The notes under the pieces are model-generated. The model was not told the DNA's origin and did no database searches. It was given only the letters and a program-made list of their open reading frames with translations. The translations under genes were made by a program, and so were the position numbers. DNA of 63,378 nt, counting the filler, from Octopus bimaculoides (taxonomy: Eukaryota): the NCBI RefSeq assembly GCF_001194135.2. It is 9 parts of 8 records of this genome, joined end to end, with 100 filler letters (N's around TTAATTAATTAA, not from the genome) between each part and the next. Parts side by side here need not be neighbours in the genome. Positions count along the whole stretch, not along the records: positions 49,551 to 52,363 come from NC_068983.1; positions 52,464 to 54,414 come from NW_026408359.1; positions 54,515 to 55,638 come from NW_026341572.1; positions 55,739 to 60,734 come from NC_068983.1; positions 60,835 to 61,926 come from NC_068985.1; positions 62,027 to 63,378 come from NW_026388470.1; 3 more parts are not named here. One strand, given 5' to 3'. Positions within the stretch are counted from its first letter, which is position 1; each line of letters starts with the position of its first letter. This document shows positions 51,990 through 63,378 of this stretch, one piece after another.

Positions 51990-52363
51990 TATTATTATTG
52001 TTCAGTAGTTTTATTTTTATAACGTGCTTTCACTTCACTACCGAGCGCAGCTCTGTGTGCCTTGGATATGTGCTGTGGTTTGCTGTGATGCTCTTATGTT
52101 TACTGTATTGAAAGTGTTTTGCGTAGGATGTGTGCAGTGCCCAGTAGTGCAATTTTCTGTATGCTATATATATTTGTAAGTCCTGGTGTTTTTGTGATGT
52201 ATTTGTCTGAATATTTTTTATTATACCTAAGGCACCTACTATGATAGGAATTGTTTCTGTTTTTAGATTCCAAATTCGAGTTACCTCTATTTCTAGGTCT
52301 TTGTATTTTGAAAGTTTTTCCATTTCTTTTAGGGAAACGTTGTTTATCTGCTGGTATTGATAC
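51990..52363 (-). mobile_element. R4/Dong-type LINE 3' fragment, second copy
   Basis: MEKLSKYKDLEIEVTRIWNLKTETIPIIVGALG; 1-bp frameshift relative to the 42674 copy; same 3' UTR. Confidence 0.88.
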
Positions 52364-52523
52364 NNNNNNNNNNNNNNNNNNNNNNNNNNNNNNNNNNNNN
52401 NNNNNNNTTAATTAATTAANNNNNNNNNNNNNNNNNNNNNNNNNNNNNNNNNNNNNNNNNNNNCTATCTATCTATCTATCTATCTGTCTGTCTGTCTGTC
52501 TACCTGGTTGTGTGTCTCTCTAC

Positions 52524-52684
52524 ACGACAGGCTTCATTCAGTTTCTGTCTACCAAATCCTCTCACAAGACATTAGTCGGCCCGGGATTATTGTAGAAGAA
52601 ACTTATTCAAGGTGACATGCACTGAGACTGAACCCGGAACCACATGGTTAGGAAACAAGCGTCTTACCATATAGCCACATCTGC
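52524..52684 (-). mobile_element. Old SINE family B 5' half
   Basis: CGACAGGCTTC.TTCAGTTTC.GTCTACCAAATCC...TTACCATATAGCCAC. Confidence 0.75.
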
Positions 52685-53011
52685 ATTTTTTGTTGAAAAG
52701 AATAGATTCAAAACGTTTTATCATACACTCACGCACTCGGTATTCCATCCACAATACATTTGCATTAGAATAATAATCTAGAGTTTAAGAAAAAAAAAAA
52801 AAAAGGAAGATAGTCTTATACACCGGCGTATGCGGTATGTAAAACAACGTAAATTAAACATGATGGAATTTGAACTTACAACTTATGAACAGTTAACAAT
52901 CGAATAATTTTCGACTACCAGCCAGTGTGTTCCTATGAGAAAGAGAGAAAGAGTGCGGTATATAGTTAGATAGATAGATAGATAGAAAGAGAGAGAGAGA
53001 GAGAGAAAGAG

Positions 53012-53056
<45 letters not shown>

Positions 53057-53985
53057 CGAAAAGGGAAGAAACCACAGTAATATAGTTATAAAAAAAAATA
53101 GTCAACAACAACATTTTCCTCCATTGATTAAATTCAAACTTCGCCTTCTCGTTGTAATGGCGACAATTTTCCTAGTCACTATCTTGAAAAACCAACACAC
53201 AGGACATTTTACGTTTCACAAAATACGATGATTAATCAAATTTTCTTTTCATAATTTTTTTTTTCTTTTATNNNNNNNNNNNNNNNNNNNNNNNNNNNNN
53301 NNNNNNNNNNNNNNNNNNNNNNNNNNNNNNNNNNNNNNNNNNNNNNNNNNNNNNNNNNNNNNNNNNNNNNNNNNNNNNNNNNNNNNNNNNNNNNNNNNNN
53401 NNNNNNNNNNNNNNNNNNNNNNNNNNNNNNNNNNNNNNNNNNNNNNNNNNNNNNNNNNNNNNNNNNNNNNNNNNNNNNNNNNNNNNNNNNNNNNNNNNNN
53501 NNNNNNNNNNNNNNNNNNNNNNNNNNNNNNNNNNNNNNNNNNNNNNNNNNNNNNNNNNNNNNNNNNNNNNNNNNNNNNNNNNNNNNNNNNNNNNNNNNNN
53601 NNNNNNNNNNNNNNNNNNNNNNNNNNNNNNNNNNNNNNNNNNNNNNNNNNNNNNNNNNNNNNNNNNNNNNNNNNNNNNNNNNNNNNNNNNNNNNNNNNNN
53701 NNNNNNNNNNNNNNNNNNNNNNNNNNNNNNNNNNNNNNNNNNNNNNNNNNNNNNNNNNNNNNNNNNNNNNNNNNNNNNNNNNNNNNNNNNNNNNNNNNNN
53801 NNNNNNNNNNNNNNNNNNNNNNNNNNNNNNNNNNNNNNNNNNNNNNNNNNNNNNNNNNNNNNNNNNNNNNNNNNNNNNNNNNNNNNNNNNNNNNNNNNNN
53901 NNNNNNNNNNNNNNNNNNNNNNNNNNNNNNNNNNNNNNNNNNNNNNNNNNNNNNNNNNNNNNNNNNNNNNNNNNNNNNNNNNNNN

Positions 53986-54027
<42 letters not shown>

Positions 54028-54117
54028 TCAAAAAAGGAAAAAGACAAAAACAACCCACAAAAAACAACAACGTGAGGACGTGATACAGATTGTGTTACGC
54101 TCGGGAAAGGATGTTTG

Positions 54118-54320
54118 TGTGTATATGTTTGTCCCCTCCACCATCGCTTGGCAACCGATGCTGGTGTGGTTCGGCAAAAGAGAACGATAGAATAAGTACT
54201 AGGTTTACAAAGAATAAATCCTAGGGTCGATTTGTTCGTCGAAAGTTGGCACTCCAGCATGGCTGCAGTCAAATGACTGAAGCAAGTAAAAAAACAAAAG
54301 AAAAAGAGTAAAAGAGTAAT
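54118..54320 (+). mobile_element. SINE family B 3' half
   Basis: TTTGTCCCCTCCACCATCGCTTGGCAACCGATGCTGG...GCAGTCAAATGACTGAA...TAAAAGAG. Confidence 0.8.
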
Positions 54321-54366
54321 ATAATATGTGATGATAAAATAACTCCAGAAGCTTAGCGCGGAGGTT

Positions 54367-54414
54367 ATGATGGTGGTAATGATGGTGGTAATGATGGTGG
54401 TAATGATGGTGGTA
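54367..54414. repeat. 12-bp tandem repeat (ATGATGGTGGTA)x4 running into a linker gap
   Basis: Four exact copies visible. Confidence 0.9.
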
Positions 54415-54529
54415 NNNNNNNNNNNNNNNNNNNNNNNNNNNNNNNNNNNNNNNNNNNNTTAATTAATTAANNNNNNNNNNNNNNNNNNNNNNNNNNNNNN
54501 NNNNNNNNNNNNNNTATATATATACATAT

Positions 54530-54661
54530 ATACGACAGGCTTCTTTCAGTTTCCGTCTACAAATTCACTCACAACGCTTTGGTTGGCCCGAGGCTATAGT
54601 GGGACTGAACCTGGAACCATGCGGTTAGTAAGTAAGCTACTTAGCACACAGCCACTCCTAA
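54530..54661 (-). mobile_element. SINE family B 5' half with internal deletion
   Basis: CGACAGGCTTCTTTCAG...GAGGCTATAG|TGGGACTGAACC...CAGCCACTCCTA. Confidence 0.8.
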
Positions 54662-54992
54662 GTATATATGTATATGCATATATATACATGTATATATATA
54701 TATATATATGTATATACATATGTATATATCAGTACATATTTTAAAGCTAAGTTTGTTAGTGTGTGTGTGTGTTGCATCTATAGAAATCCACACCTTACAA
54801 GATAGCAATCTGGGTGTCGCACCAATGGATTCCTGATGGTTGAAAATGCCCGCAGTCGGCCATTTGTTGTTTTTTCTTGCTATCTAACACGTGAATTTTT
54901 GCATTAAAAATAATTTTAGACCATAACCTCTAACAATTTTCAAGTCGCAACCATTTGCAAACATAAGTTAAGTCCCTTTCTAGCGACGGTGT

Positions 54993-55039
<47 letters not shown>

Positions 55040-55043
<4 letters not shown>

Positions 55044-55290
55044 AGATTTTTCAAATTTCGTCCTTTTACTGAGTGATACCCAATAGAAAGAATATTCTCC
55101 GTTTCTCCACAACTAATTTCCAAATTTGCTGAATCTGTTGCTCTACTCATACCGACATATAGCTGGTCGTGCGTGAACATGGGACACAGCAGTAGTTACC
55201 AGAGCAAAAATTCTCACTGTTGACTGTAGACACGGTCCTTCGCAAACGATCAGCTATTACTTTGTAAACAATGTTACGAAACTTCATGTT
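55040..55290 (-). mobile_element. Helitron helicase C-terminal remnant
   Basis: FTHDQLYVGMSRAT resembles the FxHGQLYVAxSRV motif VI of PIF1-type RepHel helicases. Confidence 0.5.
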
Positions 55291-55359
55291 TTCGAATGAT
55301 ATATATATATGCCTTCGGTGCAAATAGTTTTGTTATACAACGCCGTATTTTACATTCCA

Positions 55360-55636
55360 GTAAATAATAATATTAATGGTATGTTTATTTAACATTAAAG
55401 TTTATGGCGTTCACCGTGCAATGACTAAGGAAAATAGTCTAATAACGAGGCATATAAGCACTCGACAGAAAAAAACAAGGTTTTCCTCTCCGTGTCTGAT
55501 GTGGGTTCGCAGATGGGAAAGCCTTCTCTTTTCTGTCGAGGGCTTATATGCTGTTATTAGACTATTTTTGTTAGTCATTGCTAAGTGGACGGCATAAGCT
55601 TTAAGCTTATATAAAAATACCATTATTATTATTTAC
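55360..55636. mobile_element. Foldback/MITE-like element with ~120-bp imperfect inverted arms
   Basis: GCAATGACTAA..AAAATAGTCTAATAAC.GCATATAAGC.CTCGACAGAAAA is present on both strands around a ~25-nt loop. Confidence 0.8.
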
Positions 55637-56253
55637 AGNNNNNNNNNNNNNNNNNNNNNNNNNNNNNNNNNNNNNNNNNNNNTTAATTAATTAANNNNNN
55701 NNNNNNNNNNNNNNNNNNNNNNNNNNNNNNNNNNNNNNATATATATATATATATATATATATAACCAAAGAAATCATATTTAAGAAATGTTCGTGATGTA
55801 GCCTGTTGGTTTATCAATCAAGCAACAGAATTACTAATAACAGTTACCAAAAGGAATCCAATATCTTGGAAATGTTGGCATTTTATCATACGTACACGCA
55901 AGTAGTCAAAATGAGAATGTTTGCAAAAGATATTTACCCCCTGGCAAGACTGTAGCATCCACATTGTAGAGATCTAAAAATAATTACATTATTTAAAAAG
56001 TATTTGATTAAATGTATCGTTGGTATACTGGTTAGCTATTATTTATTGATTATGTCTCCACACCCTTACCGAAGCCAGATATACCACCTAGCATCTCTGC
56101 TATCTATCTTATAACGTGGACGCTATTCATAACATTTTATTGCAATTTACTTGCCTAATGATTATTTCTGTATAACTTATTAGAATTAATCGGAAACTGT
56201 TTCGAAAACAATGTTCACCAAATTTTATTGTTTCCGCGCGTGCGTGTGTGTGT

Positions 56254-56321
<68 letters not shown>

Positions 56322-56739
56322 TTGTGTATGTGTGTGTGTGTGTGTGTGTGTATTTGTGTGTGTGTGTATTTGCGTGTGTGTGTGTGTGTGTGTGTATTTG
56401 TGTGTGTGTGTGTGTGCATCAGATTGAGTAAACATTTTTTTGCAGTTGTCTGATAATACAGACATAATCTTGCCCAAATGCATCAATAAATTAACATTGA
56501 TATTTTTCCCCCGTTGTTCCAATCATCTCGACTTGTTTATGTTTGCTTGTGGTGTTGTGTGAAAAATTTGGCGTAAGTTGTAATATTTATGGTTAATTTG
56601 TTAAATTTGCACTGTTGAATTATTACCTCGTTGAACTTTTGTTGAGTGTTTTTTAAACACCTATTTTTTCTGCTTGTGGCAGTCCTATGTTTTTCCCCTT
56701 GTGTGAATGGGTAAAATATTGTTGTATATTTCAAAACAA

Positions 56740-57830
56740 AAATAATGGACAAATCACCTTTTAAAGCCAAGACCAGTAGTGAACCTGGTACAAGTGAATG
56801 AGAAGATATCAGAAGCGTAGAAGGTAGCAGAGTTTTAAATAGCATACCGACAGGAAAAGAATTTATTCAAGGAAGAAAAGCTAGCAATTTTGCAGCAGTG
56901 GCCGGTGTCTCAAAAAAGATAATAAATTGTGGAAGCTATGAGCTCGGAAAATACAAAGGTATGATGAAAAGAGAGGGGAGTGAAATAGTGATCATACTTC
57001 CCCAGTGAAACGACACATGATGCACTGCGGTACACCGTGATATACAAATCATTTGTGACCAAACCAAAAAGACTGGATAACGCAAGCAAAGAGGCGGTGG
57101 AAGTGTGCTTTCCTCCAGTTTGGAACGACGTGGTATGCGTCACAAGAGGAGTGAAGTATGTCACAATAGAAGTCCGTTTAAAAACCGAGGAAAAGGCAAA
57201 AGAAGCGTCGACGACACCACTAGAACGGGGGAGGTGGTACTCCTACCTACTTATCTTATTTCTTTATTGCCCACAAGGGGCTAAACATAGAGGGTACAAA
57301 CAAGGACAGACAAACGGATTAAGTCGATTATATCGACCTCAGTGCGCAACTGGTACTTAATTTATCGACCCCGAAAGGATGAAAGGCAAAGTCGACCTCG
57401 GTGGAATTTGAACTCAGAACCTAGCGGCAGACGAAATACTGCTCAGCATTTCGCCCGGCGTGCTAACGTTTCTGCCAGCTCGCCGCCTTGGAAGACGGAC
57501 TTCCAAGATTAAGGTAGGAGACCTCCCACCCGAAGTAGACCCCGCGTGGCTGGTGGCAGTCATAATAAACAGTTTGGGGGATAAGATCACAATTCTCCAG
57601 ACCTCAGCGCTGGAACTGCAAGATTGGCAGGGGCAAAGTCTCGAAATGATTATACAGGCTGCCCCGGCTGATTTAGAAAATATTATAGAAACTATACAGG
57701 TGGGAGAGACTAAGCTGCGAGTCACGCTAGAGACTGGAAGCCTCGCTGCTACAAGTGGGATCATTAGGGCCGAGTGCCAACCCCCGCCCGAAAAGCAGCT
57801 ACTCCCCCACCTGTAGAAAAACAAACAGAA
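56740..57830 (+). mobile_element. LINE ORF1 (L1/Tx1-like, RRM-like) remnant interrupted by a SINE
   Basis: ...IEVRLKTEEKAKEASTTPLE(frameshift)GEVVLLPTYL|SINE|GRRTSKIKVGDLPPEVDPAWL...: the reading frame rejoins across the insertion. Clade assignment is inference. Confidence 0.6.
57254..57488 (-). mobile_element. SINE family A (same tail subfamily as 10341-10570), little diverged
   Basis: TATTTCTTTATTGCCCACAAGGGG...GCCAGCTCGCCGCC. Confidence 0.92.
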
Positions 57831-57834
57831 GAAG

Positions 57835-58740
57835 CTGCAGGTGAAACGCATGAAGAAACATCAATTAAAGACCGTCGTTGAAAAAGATCCACGTAAAACC
57901 ACTCGAGAACTGACAAAACAACTTCAAGTTAGCCAGAAAACTGCCTGTAACCATTTGCATGCGATCGGAAAATCAAAAATGCTCGACAAATGGGTACCAC
58001 ACGATTTGAATGAAATTCAGAAAATGCGCAGATATGAAATTTGCTCGTCGTTTCTTCTTCGTAACCAGACCGATCCATTTCTTGAACGTATTTTAACTTG
58101 CGATGAAAAGTCGTTTTTGTACAAAAATAAAAATAAAAATCGTTCTTCGCAGTGATTGGAGCAAAATGACGCACCGAAAACCTACCCTAAACCCGAGCTC
58201 TTCAAAAAGAAGGTTATGGTGACTGTTTAGAGGTATACTGCTGGACCAATCCACCATAACTTCTTACAACCCAGAAAAACCATTACTGCAGAAGCATATT
58301 GCCATGAAATTGCCAAAATGAACTTCCCCGTCCAAGACTGGTCAACAGAAAAGGGCCAATCATTCTTCATGGCAGTGCTCGACCACGAGTTTCACTAATG
58401 ACGCTCCAGACGTTAAGGGAACTTGGCTATGAAGTTCTTCCCACCCAGCTTATTCCTCAGACCTTTCTCTTACCGACTACTACTTTTTCAAGCACCTTGA
58501 TGGTTTCCTGCGAGAGAAGGAGTTAAAAAATCAAACTGATGCTGAAATAGCATTCAAAAAGTTCCTCAGCTCCAGAACTCCAGATTTTTATGTTACCGGA
58601 ATTATCAAACTTGTAATTTGTTGGCAAAAATGTGGTGATTGTAATGGTACTTACTTTGATGAATAAAATTTCCGCATTTTTTAAACATATTGTAATGAAT
58701 TTCATGATTGAAAATGTTGCTTACTTTCTACTCAACCTGA
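57835..58740 (+). pseudogene. Mariner (DD34D, Hsmar/cecropia-like) transposase pseudogene, 5'-truncated, 3' TIR intact
   Basis: KWVPHDL, ILTCDEK, KKVMVTV, LHGSARP (degenerate HDNARPH), HPAYSSDLSLTDYYFF, ...NGTYFDE*; ends CTCAACCTGA|TA; in-frame stops. Confidence 0.92.
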
Positions 58741-58756
58741 TACTTTTATATATATA

Positions 58757-58790
58757 CTAGCAGAAATACCCGGCGTTGCCCGGGTTAGGG
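58757..58790 (-). mobile_element. Helitron-type 3' terminus
   Basis: Minus strand ACCCGG-GCAACG-CCGGGT hairpin, then ATTTCTG-CTAG|T: canonical hairpin plus CTRR end before T. Confidence 0.7.
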
Positions 58791-58804
58791 ATTTACACAG
58801 ACAG

Positions 58805-58842
<38 letters not shown>

Positions 58843-59828
58843 TCAAAATACATGTAGGATTCCTCACCATACAGGTGACAGGCACAGCTGTAAGATGCAT
58901 TACGGATCTATAGCAATTGGAAGGGCATGACCCAATTGAAATAACAACGTGTGACGTTTGGAGTAAAGGGAAATGAAAGTGTCGCCTCTGGAGTTTGCAA
59001 ATGACCACTATACCGATAGGTAACTGTGCAGACAAAATTTACAATCGATAAATGTCTTAGAACAACCAGTCTCTCATCTGGGAAGGCCTTGAAATCAATG
59101 TTACCAACTGGGGACTATGTGTGTCGCAGTGATAATAAAAANNNNNNNNNNNNNNNNNNNNNNNNNNNNNNNNNNNNNNNNNNNNNNNNNNNNNNNNNNN
59201 NNNNNNNNNNNNNNNNNNNNNNNNNNNNNNNNNNNNNNNNNNNNNNNNNNNNNNNNNNNNNNNNNNNNNNNNNNNNNNNNNNNNNNNNNNNNNNNNNNNN
59301 NNNNNNNNNNNNNNNNNNNNNNNNNNNNNNNNNNNNNNNNNNNNNNNNNNNNNNNNNNNNNNNNNNNNNNNNNNNNNNNNNNNNNNNNNNNNNNNNNNNN
59401 NNNNNNNNNNNNNNNNNNNNNNNNNNNNNNNNNNNNNNNNNNNNNNNNNNNNNNNNNNNNNNNNNNNNNNNNNNNNNNNNNNNNNNNNNNNNNNNNNNNN
59501 NNNNNNNNNNNNNNNNNNNNNNNNNNNNNNNNNNNNNNNNNNNNNNNNNNNNNNNNNNNNNNNNNNNNNNNNNNNNNNNNNNNNNNNNNNNNNNNNNNNN
59601 NNNNNNNNNNNNNNNNNNNNNNNNNNNNNNNNNNNNNNNNNNNNNNNNNNNNNNNNNNNNNNNNNNNNNNNNNNNNNNNNNNNNNNNNNNNNNNNNNNNN
59701 NNNNNNNNNNNNNNNNNNNNNNNNNNNNNNNNNNNNNNNNNNNNNNNNNNNNNNNNNNNNNNNNNNNNNNNNNNNNNNNNNNNNNNNNNNNNNNNNNNTA
59801 TATATATATATATATATATGATTACTTA

Positions 59829-59930
59829 GGTACATACATACATACATACATACGTACGTACATACATACATACATACATACATACATACATACATACATA
59901 CATACATACATACATACATACATACATACG
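59829..59930. repeat. (TACA)n tetranucleotide microsatellite
   Basis: Directly visible. Confidence 0.95.
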
Positions 59931-60585
59931 TAAAATTAAATACAACATAACTTGGTCCATAGTAAGGCACGCAAAACCATACAATATTATTTCCAGGAGA
60001 TGCCGACTCTTCTCCGAGGAATCCATGTCTAATTTGTGGACCAATGAGAAGATCCTTAACAGAATTTCTGAAAGACTCTCAAGGTGCCTGCTCGTATATA
60101 AATGTACTTTCGCACTATGTGGTGGAAAAGAAATTGGGTAACTGTTGTCATAATTTTCTTTAAGGTATGGATGAATTAAGTTTAGCTTTAACCTTCCCCA
60201 TTCTTATAGACACCAAGTAGCTATTTAACTTGCTTTGTGATCGTGAGTGCACCAAACCACACGTATGCGTATGCTTACACTTTCGCGGATGCTTGTATGA
60301 GCGAGTGTACACGTGTCATGTAACTTGCGCGAGGGCATTTATGCATCCATATCTGTTAACGGTTATTTGTGATATTTTTCTCGGTGTATTGCGTGCTCGT
60401 TTCTTTTTTGCATCTGTGATTTTAATTTTGATCTTCTATATAAATGAAGATATTTCATTCGTTATGTTGTTTCTTATTTCTACCAAATGAGAAGGTACAT
60501 TGCTATTTTAACAAGTGTTATCTATTTACCACCCGATGAGATACATCTGCACTGCCGATGCTCCTAAACCAGTTTTTAAGTGTTC

Positions 60586-60630
60586 CACCAGTGAGGAATC
60601 GATGCTAGATGTGCCGAAACAATTGTAGTG
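60586..60630 (+). ncRNA. Degenerate minimal hammerhead-like motif in a Penelope-like terminal sequence
   Basis: CAC-CAGTGA-G...CC-GAAACAATTGT-A-GTG: helix I CAC/GTG, palindromic helix III ACAATTGT, GUA triplet; the CUGAUGA box is mutated; followed by AATAATAAAAA. Confidence 0.4.
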
Positions 60631-60693
60631 ATTAATAATAAAAATTCCCGTATATTCCATATTCTGCCTTTCATTTACCGTACATATAAATAA

Positions 60694-60734
<41 letters not shown>

Positions 60735-60834
60735 NNNNNNNNNNNNNNNNNNNNNNNNNNNNNNNNNNNNNNNNNNNNTTAATTAATTAANNNNNNNNNN
60801 NNNNNNNNNNNNNNNNNNNNNNNNNNNNNNNNNN

Positions 60835-61225
60835 GACTTTCATTACCTGATCTAAAAGCTTGATACTTCTGTAATTATTTGTGTCTAAAGCGTCACCTTT
60901 ACCTTTGTAGCAATTGACTATGGTGCTGCTACACCATTCATTGGGTATGACTTCTTCGTGTATCACCTGGTTCGTAATACGGGTGACTAGGCTATAGCCG
61001 ACACTGCCAGATATTTTGAGCATCTCTGCAGTGATTCCTGATGGGCCGGGGGCTTTCCCTGTCTTCATACTCTTAATTGCTTTATCTACCATGGTACTGT
61101 CAACTCGGATAGCTGGTCCCTCTGTTGGGTCGACATACGGCAAACTCTCTTTCTCCCATTTATTCTCTTTATTAAGCAATCTATCGTAGTGGCATCTCCA
61201 GACCTCTTTCTTTGCAGCCTCACTG
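60835..61225 (-). mobile_element. RTE-clade LINE ORF2 fragment (RT N-terminal region)
   Basis: VWRCHYDRLLN...AIKSMKTGKAPGPSGITAEMLK...IPNEW...YKGKGD...NYRSIKLL; uninterrupted until the linker gap. Confidence 0.9.
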
Positions 61226-61297
61226 TAATATATATACAAACTATGTCAATTTAATCCCAAGCAACACCAGGTATCTCTGCTAGTCTATCTATATATA

Positions 61298-61926
61298 TTG
61301 GGTCATCCCATAAGTAATGCAGTTACAATTGCATGAACTAAAAGTCAGAGGGGAACAGGATAAACTACATACATCAACTTGCTATAAAAGCAGGTACTAA
61401 TTTTACCTCGTCCTTATTTTTCGTGCAAGTTTCGAAGAGTGCAATTTGATTTTAACAGTTACTTTTTCATAGCTATAATAGAAGTGATAAAGGAGCATAT
61501 ATGGCATATTTTGCTTTATGAGTTCAATAAAGGCAACAACACAATGGAAAGTGTGAGGAATATTAATGCAGTATATGGAGATCAGACAATAAGCGTAAGC
61601 CAGTCTCAACTGTGGTTCCAGAAATTCTGAGCCAGAAACTACAGCCTAGAAGATGAGCCTCATTCTGGAAGATCTTTAGAGCTCAATGAGGACGTACTGC
61701 AAACCTGGTGGAACAAAATCCCATCATAGCTGTTAAGGAACTAGCAGTAGTCATTCAAGTCAGCGTTAGAAGAAAAATGACTCTCTTTGGTTTCAAGAAG
61801 AAAGGTGTTCATCCATTAGGATAATGCTCGGCCACATGCAGCGAGGATGACATTCCAAAGCCTTGAGCAGTTTGAATGGGAGACAATGCCCCACCCATCA
61901 TATTTGCTGGATGTTGCAGATAAGAA
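61298..61926 (+). mobile_element. Degenerate, internally deleted mariner
   Basis: TA|TTGGGTCATCCCATAAG terminus; HILLYEFNKG...INAVYG...WFQKF*..LEDEPHSGR; DNARPH and WETMPHPSY motifs. Confidence 0.85.
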
Positions 61927-62034
61927 NNNNNNNNNNNNNNNNNNNNNNNNNNNNNNNNNNNNNNNNNNNNTTAATTAATTAANNNNNNNNNNNNNNNNNN
62001 NNNNNNNNNNNNNNNNNNNNNNNNNNATATATGA

Positions 62035-63270
62035 TAATGCTTATGGCCTCATTTGTCAAATGATAAGCCATCTTCCATGCAGCCTGACTGTTTTGATTTT
62101 CTTTCAGGCTGCCCATCTCACCACATATCCATTGCCATAAAGCTTCATAAAATACAAAAGGAATCAAGGTACCCGTCACAATCCCTTTCCCATGTGTCTT
62201 CCATACTATTTTTTTTTTAAATGGCTACCATGCAGTAAAAACAGGCCTTCCTTTCCCCGCTAAGGGCAGAAGGCGGCACAATCTTGATGATGGACTCAGC
62301 TGATAGTTGTACTCTTCCCATCGATGACGACAGTTGTTCTGTGAAAACTATCAATCCTGATAATTCCGGACATCCTATGAATGCGTGCAAGACGGTTTCC
62401 CTGTCTTGCCCACACCTCGGACATGTTGGCGAGACGGCACTTCTGTGCCTTGACAGTTTATCACGAACTGGTAATGCTGCATGGAAGCACTGCCAAGTCA
62501 GGAATTTCTGGTAATTATCCAGATACCCCGGCTCGAATGTTTTCCTGAACAGGTTGACCAATTGATTTTCATCATAGCCCAGGGTCTCCCCCAAGGCATC
62601 TTCAGACATGAATCCCTCTAACTCGCTATAAAAATTAATGGTGGAACTTCTGTTGCTAGCATTGCCCGCCCAAGAGAGTAGCTGAAGTGCCTGACGGCAC
62701 TCCAATTGCCAATCCCCCTACTTAGGTCTCTGCTTGATCCATGTACCAATGTCCGTTAAGGACGTTAACCTCGGAAGGTAGAACCGGATGTGAAGTGACC
62801 ACACCTGTTCTCCATCCAGGTAAAGATGCGAAAACTCGCATTAAGGTTGAGGCAGCTCTGGAGCTGCCTCAACCTTAATGCGAGTTTTCGCATCTTCAGC
62901 CAAGGCATCCTTAGCCCACCCTTTAGTGGTTTCTGGTAGCAGACAGAGCACTTCACAAGAGGCTTTCCTCCCTTTCACAAAAAGCGGAAAAGGATTCTCT
63001 CCAACTTGTTCAGCCACAAATCAGGGGAAGGCACCACGGTCAGACGGTAGATGATAACGGATGCTATAAACATTTGCATCACCTCCGCCTTCCCTAGCAA
63101 GGATAACGCTCGCCAAAACCAGGTCTGGGTTAGAGCAGTCACCCTGCTGGCTACCTCACTCCAATTGTTCTCTATCTGGAGGTCTGGTCCAAACCAGACA
63201 TCAAGCAGCTTAACAGGACCTTCTGTCCAATGCCATACAACGTTATTGGACGCCATCAGCTTGCCTCTCC
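62035..63270 (-). mobile_element. L1/Tx1-clade LINE ORF2 C-terminal half (RT thumb plus zf-RVT), frameshifted
   Basis: VKLLDVWFG, LSLLGKAEV, GGLRMP, W...HAALPVRDKL, CPRCGQDRETVLHAFIGC. Confidence 0.9.
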
Positions 63271-63312
<42 letters not shown>

Positions 63313-63378
63313 GTATGTATATATATACATACATATATATATGTATATATATACATACATATATGTGTGTATATATAT

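Noticed and set aside
58785-58790. Telomeric TTAGGG
   Set aside because: Single hexamer beside the Helitron-like hairpin, not an array.

Overview
AT-rich, repeat-saturated animal genomic DNA from a short-read draft assembly. About 8.5 kb (~13%) is N, and most gaps abut microsatellites. The SINE families, mariner, R4/Dong, RTE and L1-Tx1 fragments and the (TA)n/(CA)n/(ATC)n/(AAT)n density point to a coleoid cephalopod, most likely Octopus (inference from recognised repeat families, no search run). I cannot name any host gene; the window reads as intron or intergenic DNA. Supported content: more than 30 tRNA-derived SINE copies or fragments in at least 3 modular families, several Tc1/mariner relics, LINE fragments (L1/Tx1, RTE, R4/Dong, CR1/L2-type), Penelope-like and Helitron remnants, and many microsatellites. 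From 30,766 onward the sequence is a chain of small pieces joined by eight identical artificial 100-bp linkers (N44-TTAATTAATTAA-N44), so adjacency across them is unproven. Best leads: a minimal type-I hammerhead-ribozyme motif (21,399-21,433, minus strand) and a degenerate second one (60,586-60,630); a foldback element made of two mariner 3' ends (18,691-19,255); two essentially perfect palindromes (28,031-28,388 and 51,455-51,583); and weak, unidentified exon candidates. Nearly all long entries in the ORF track are artefacts of N-runs or microsatellites.
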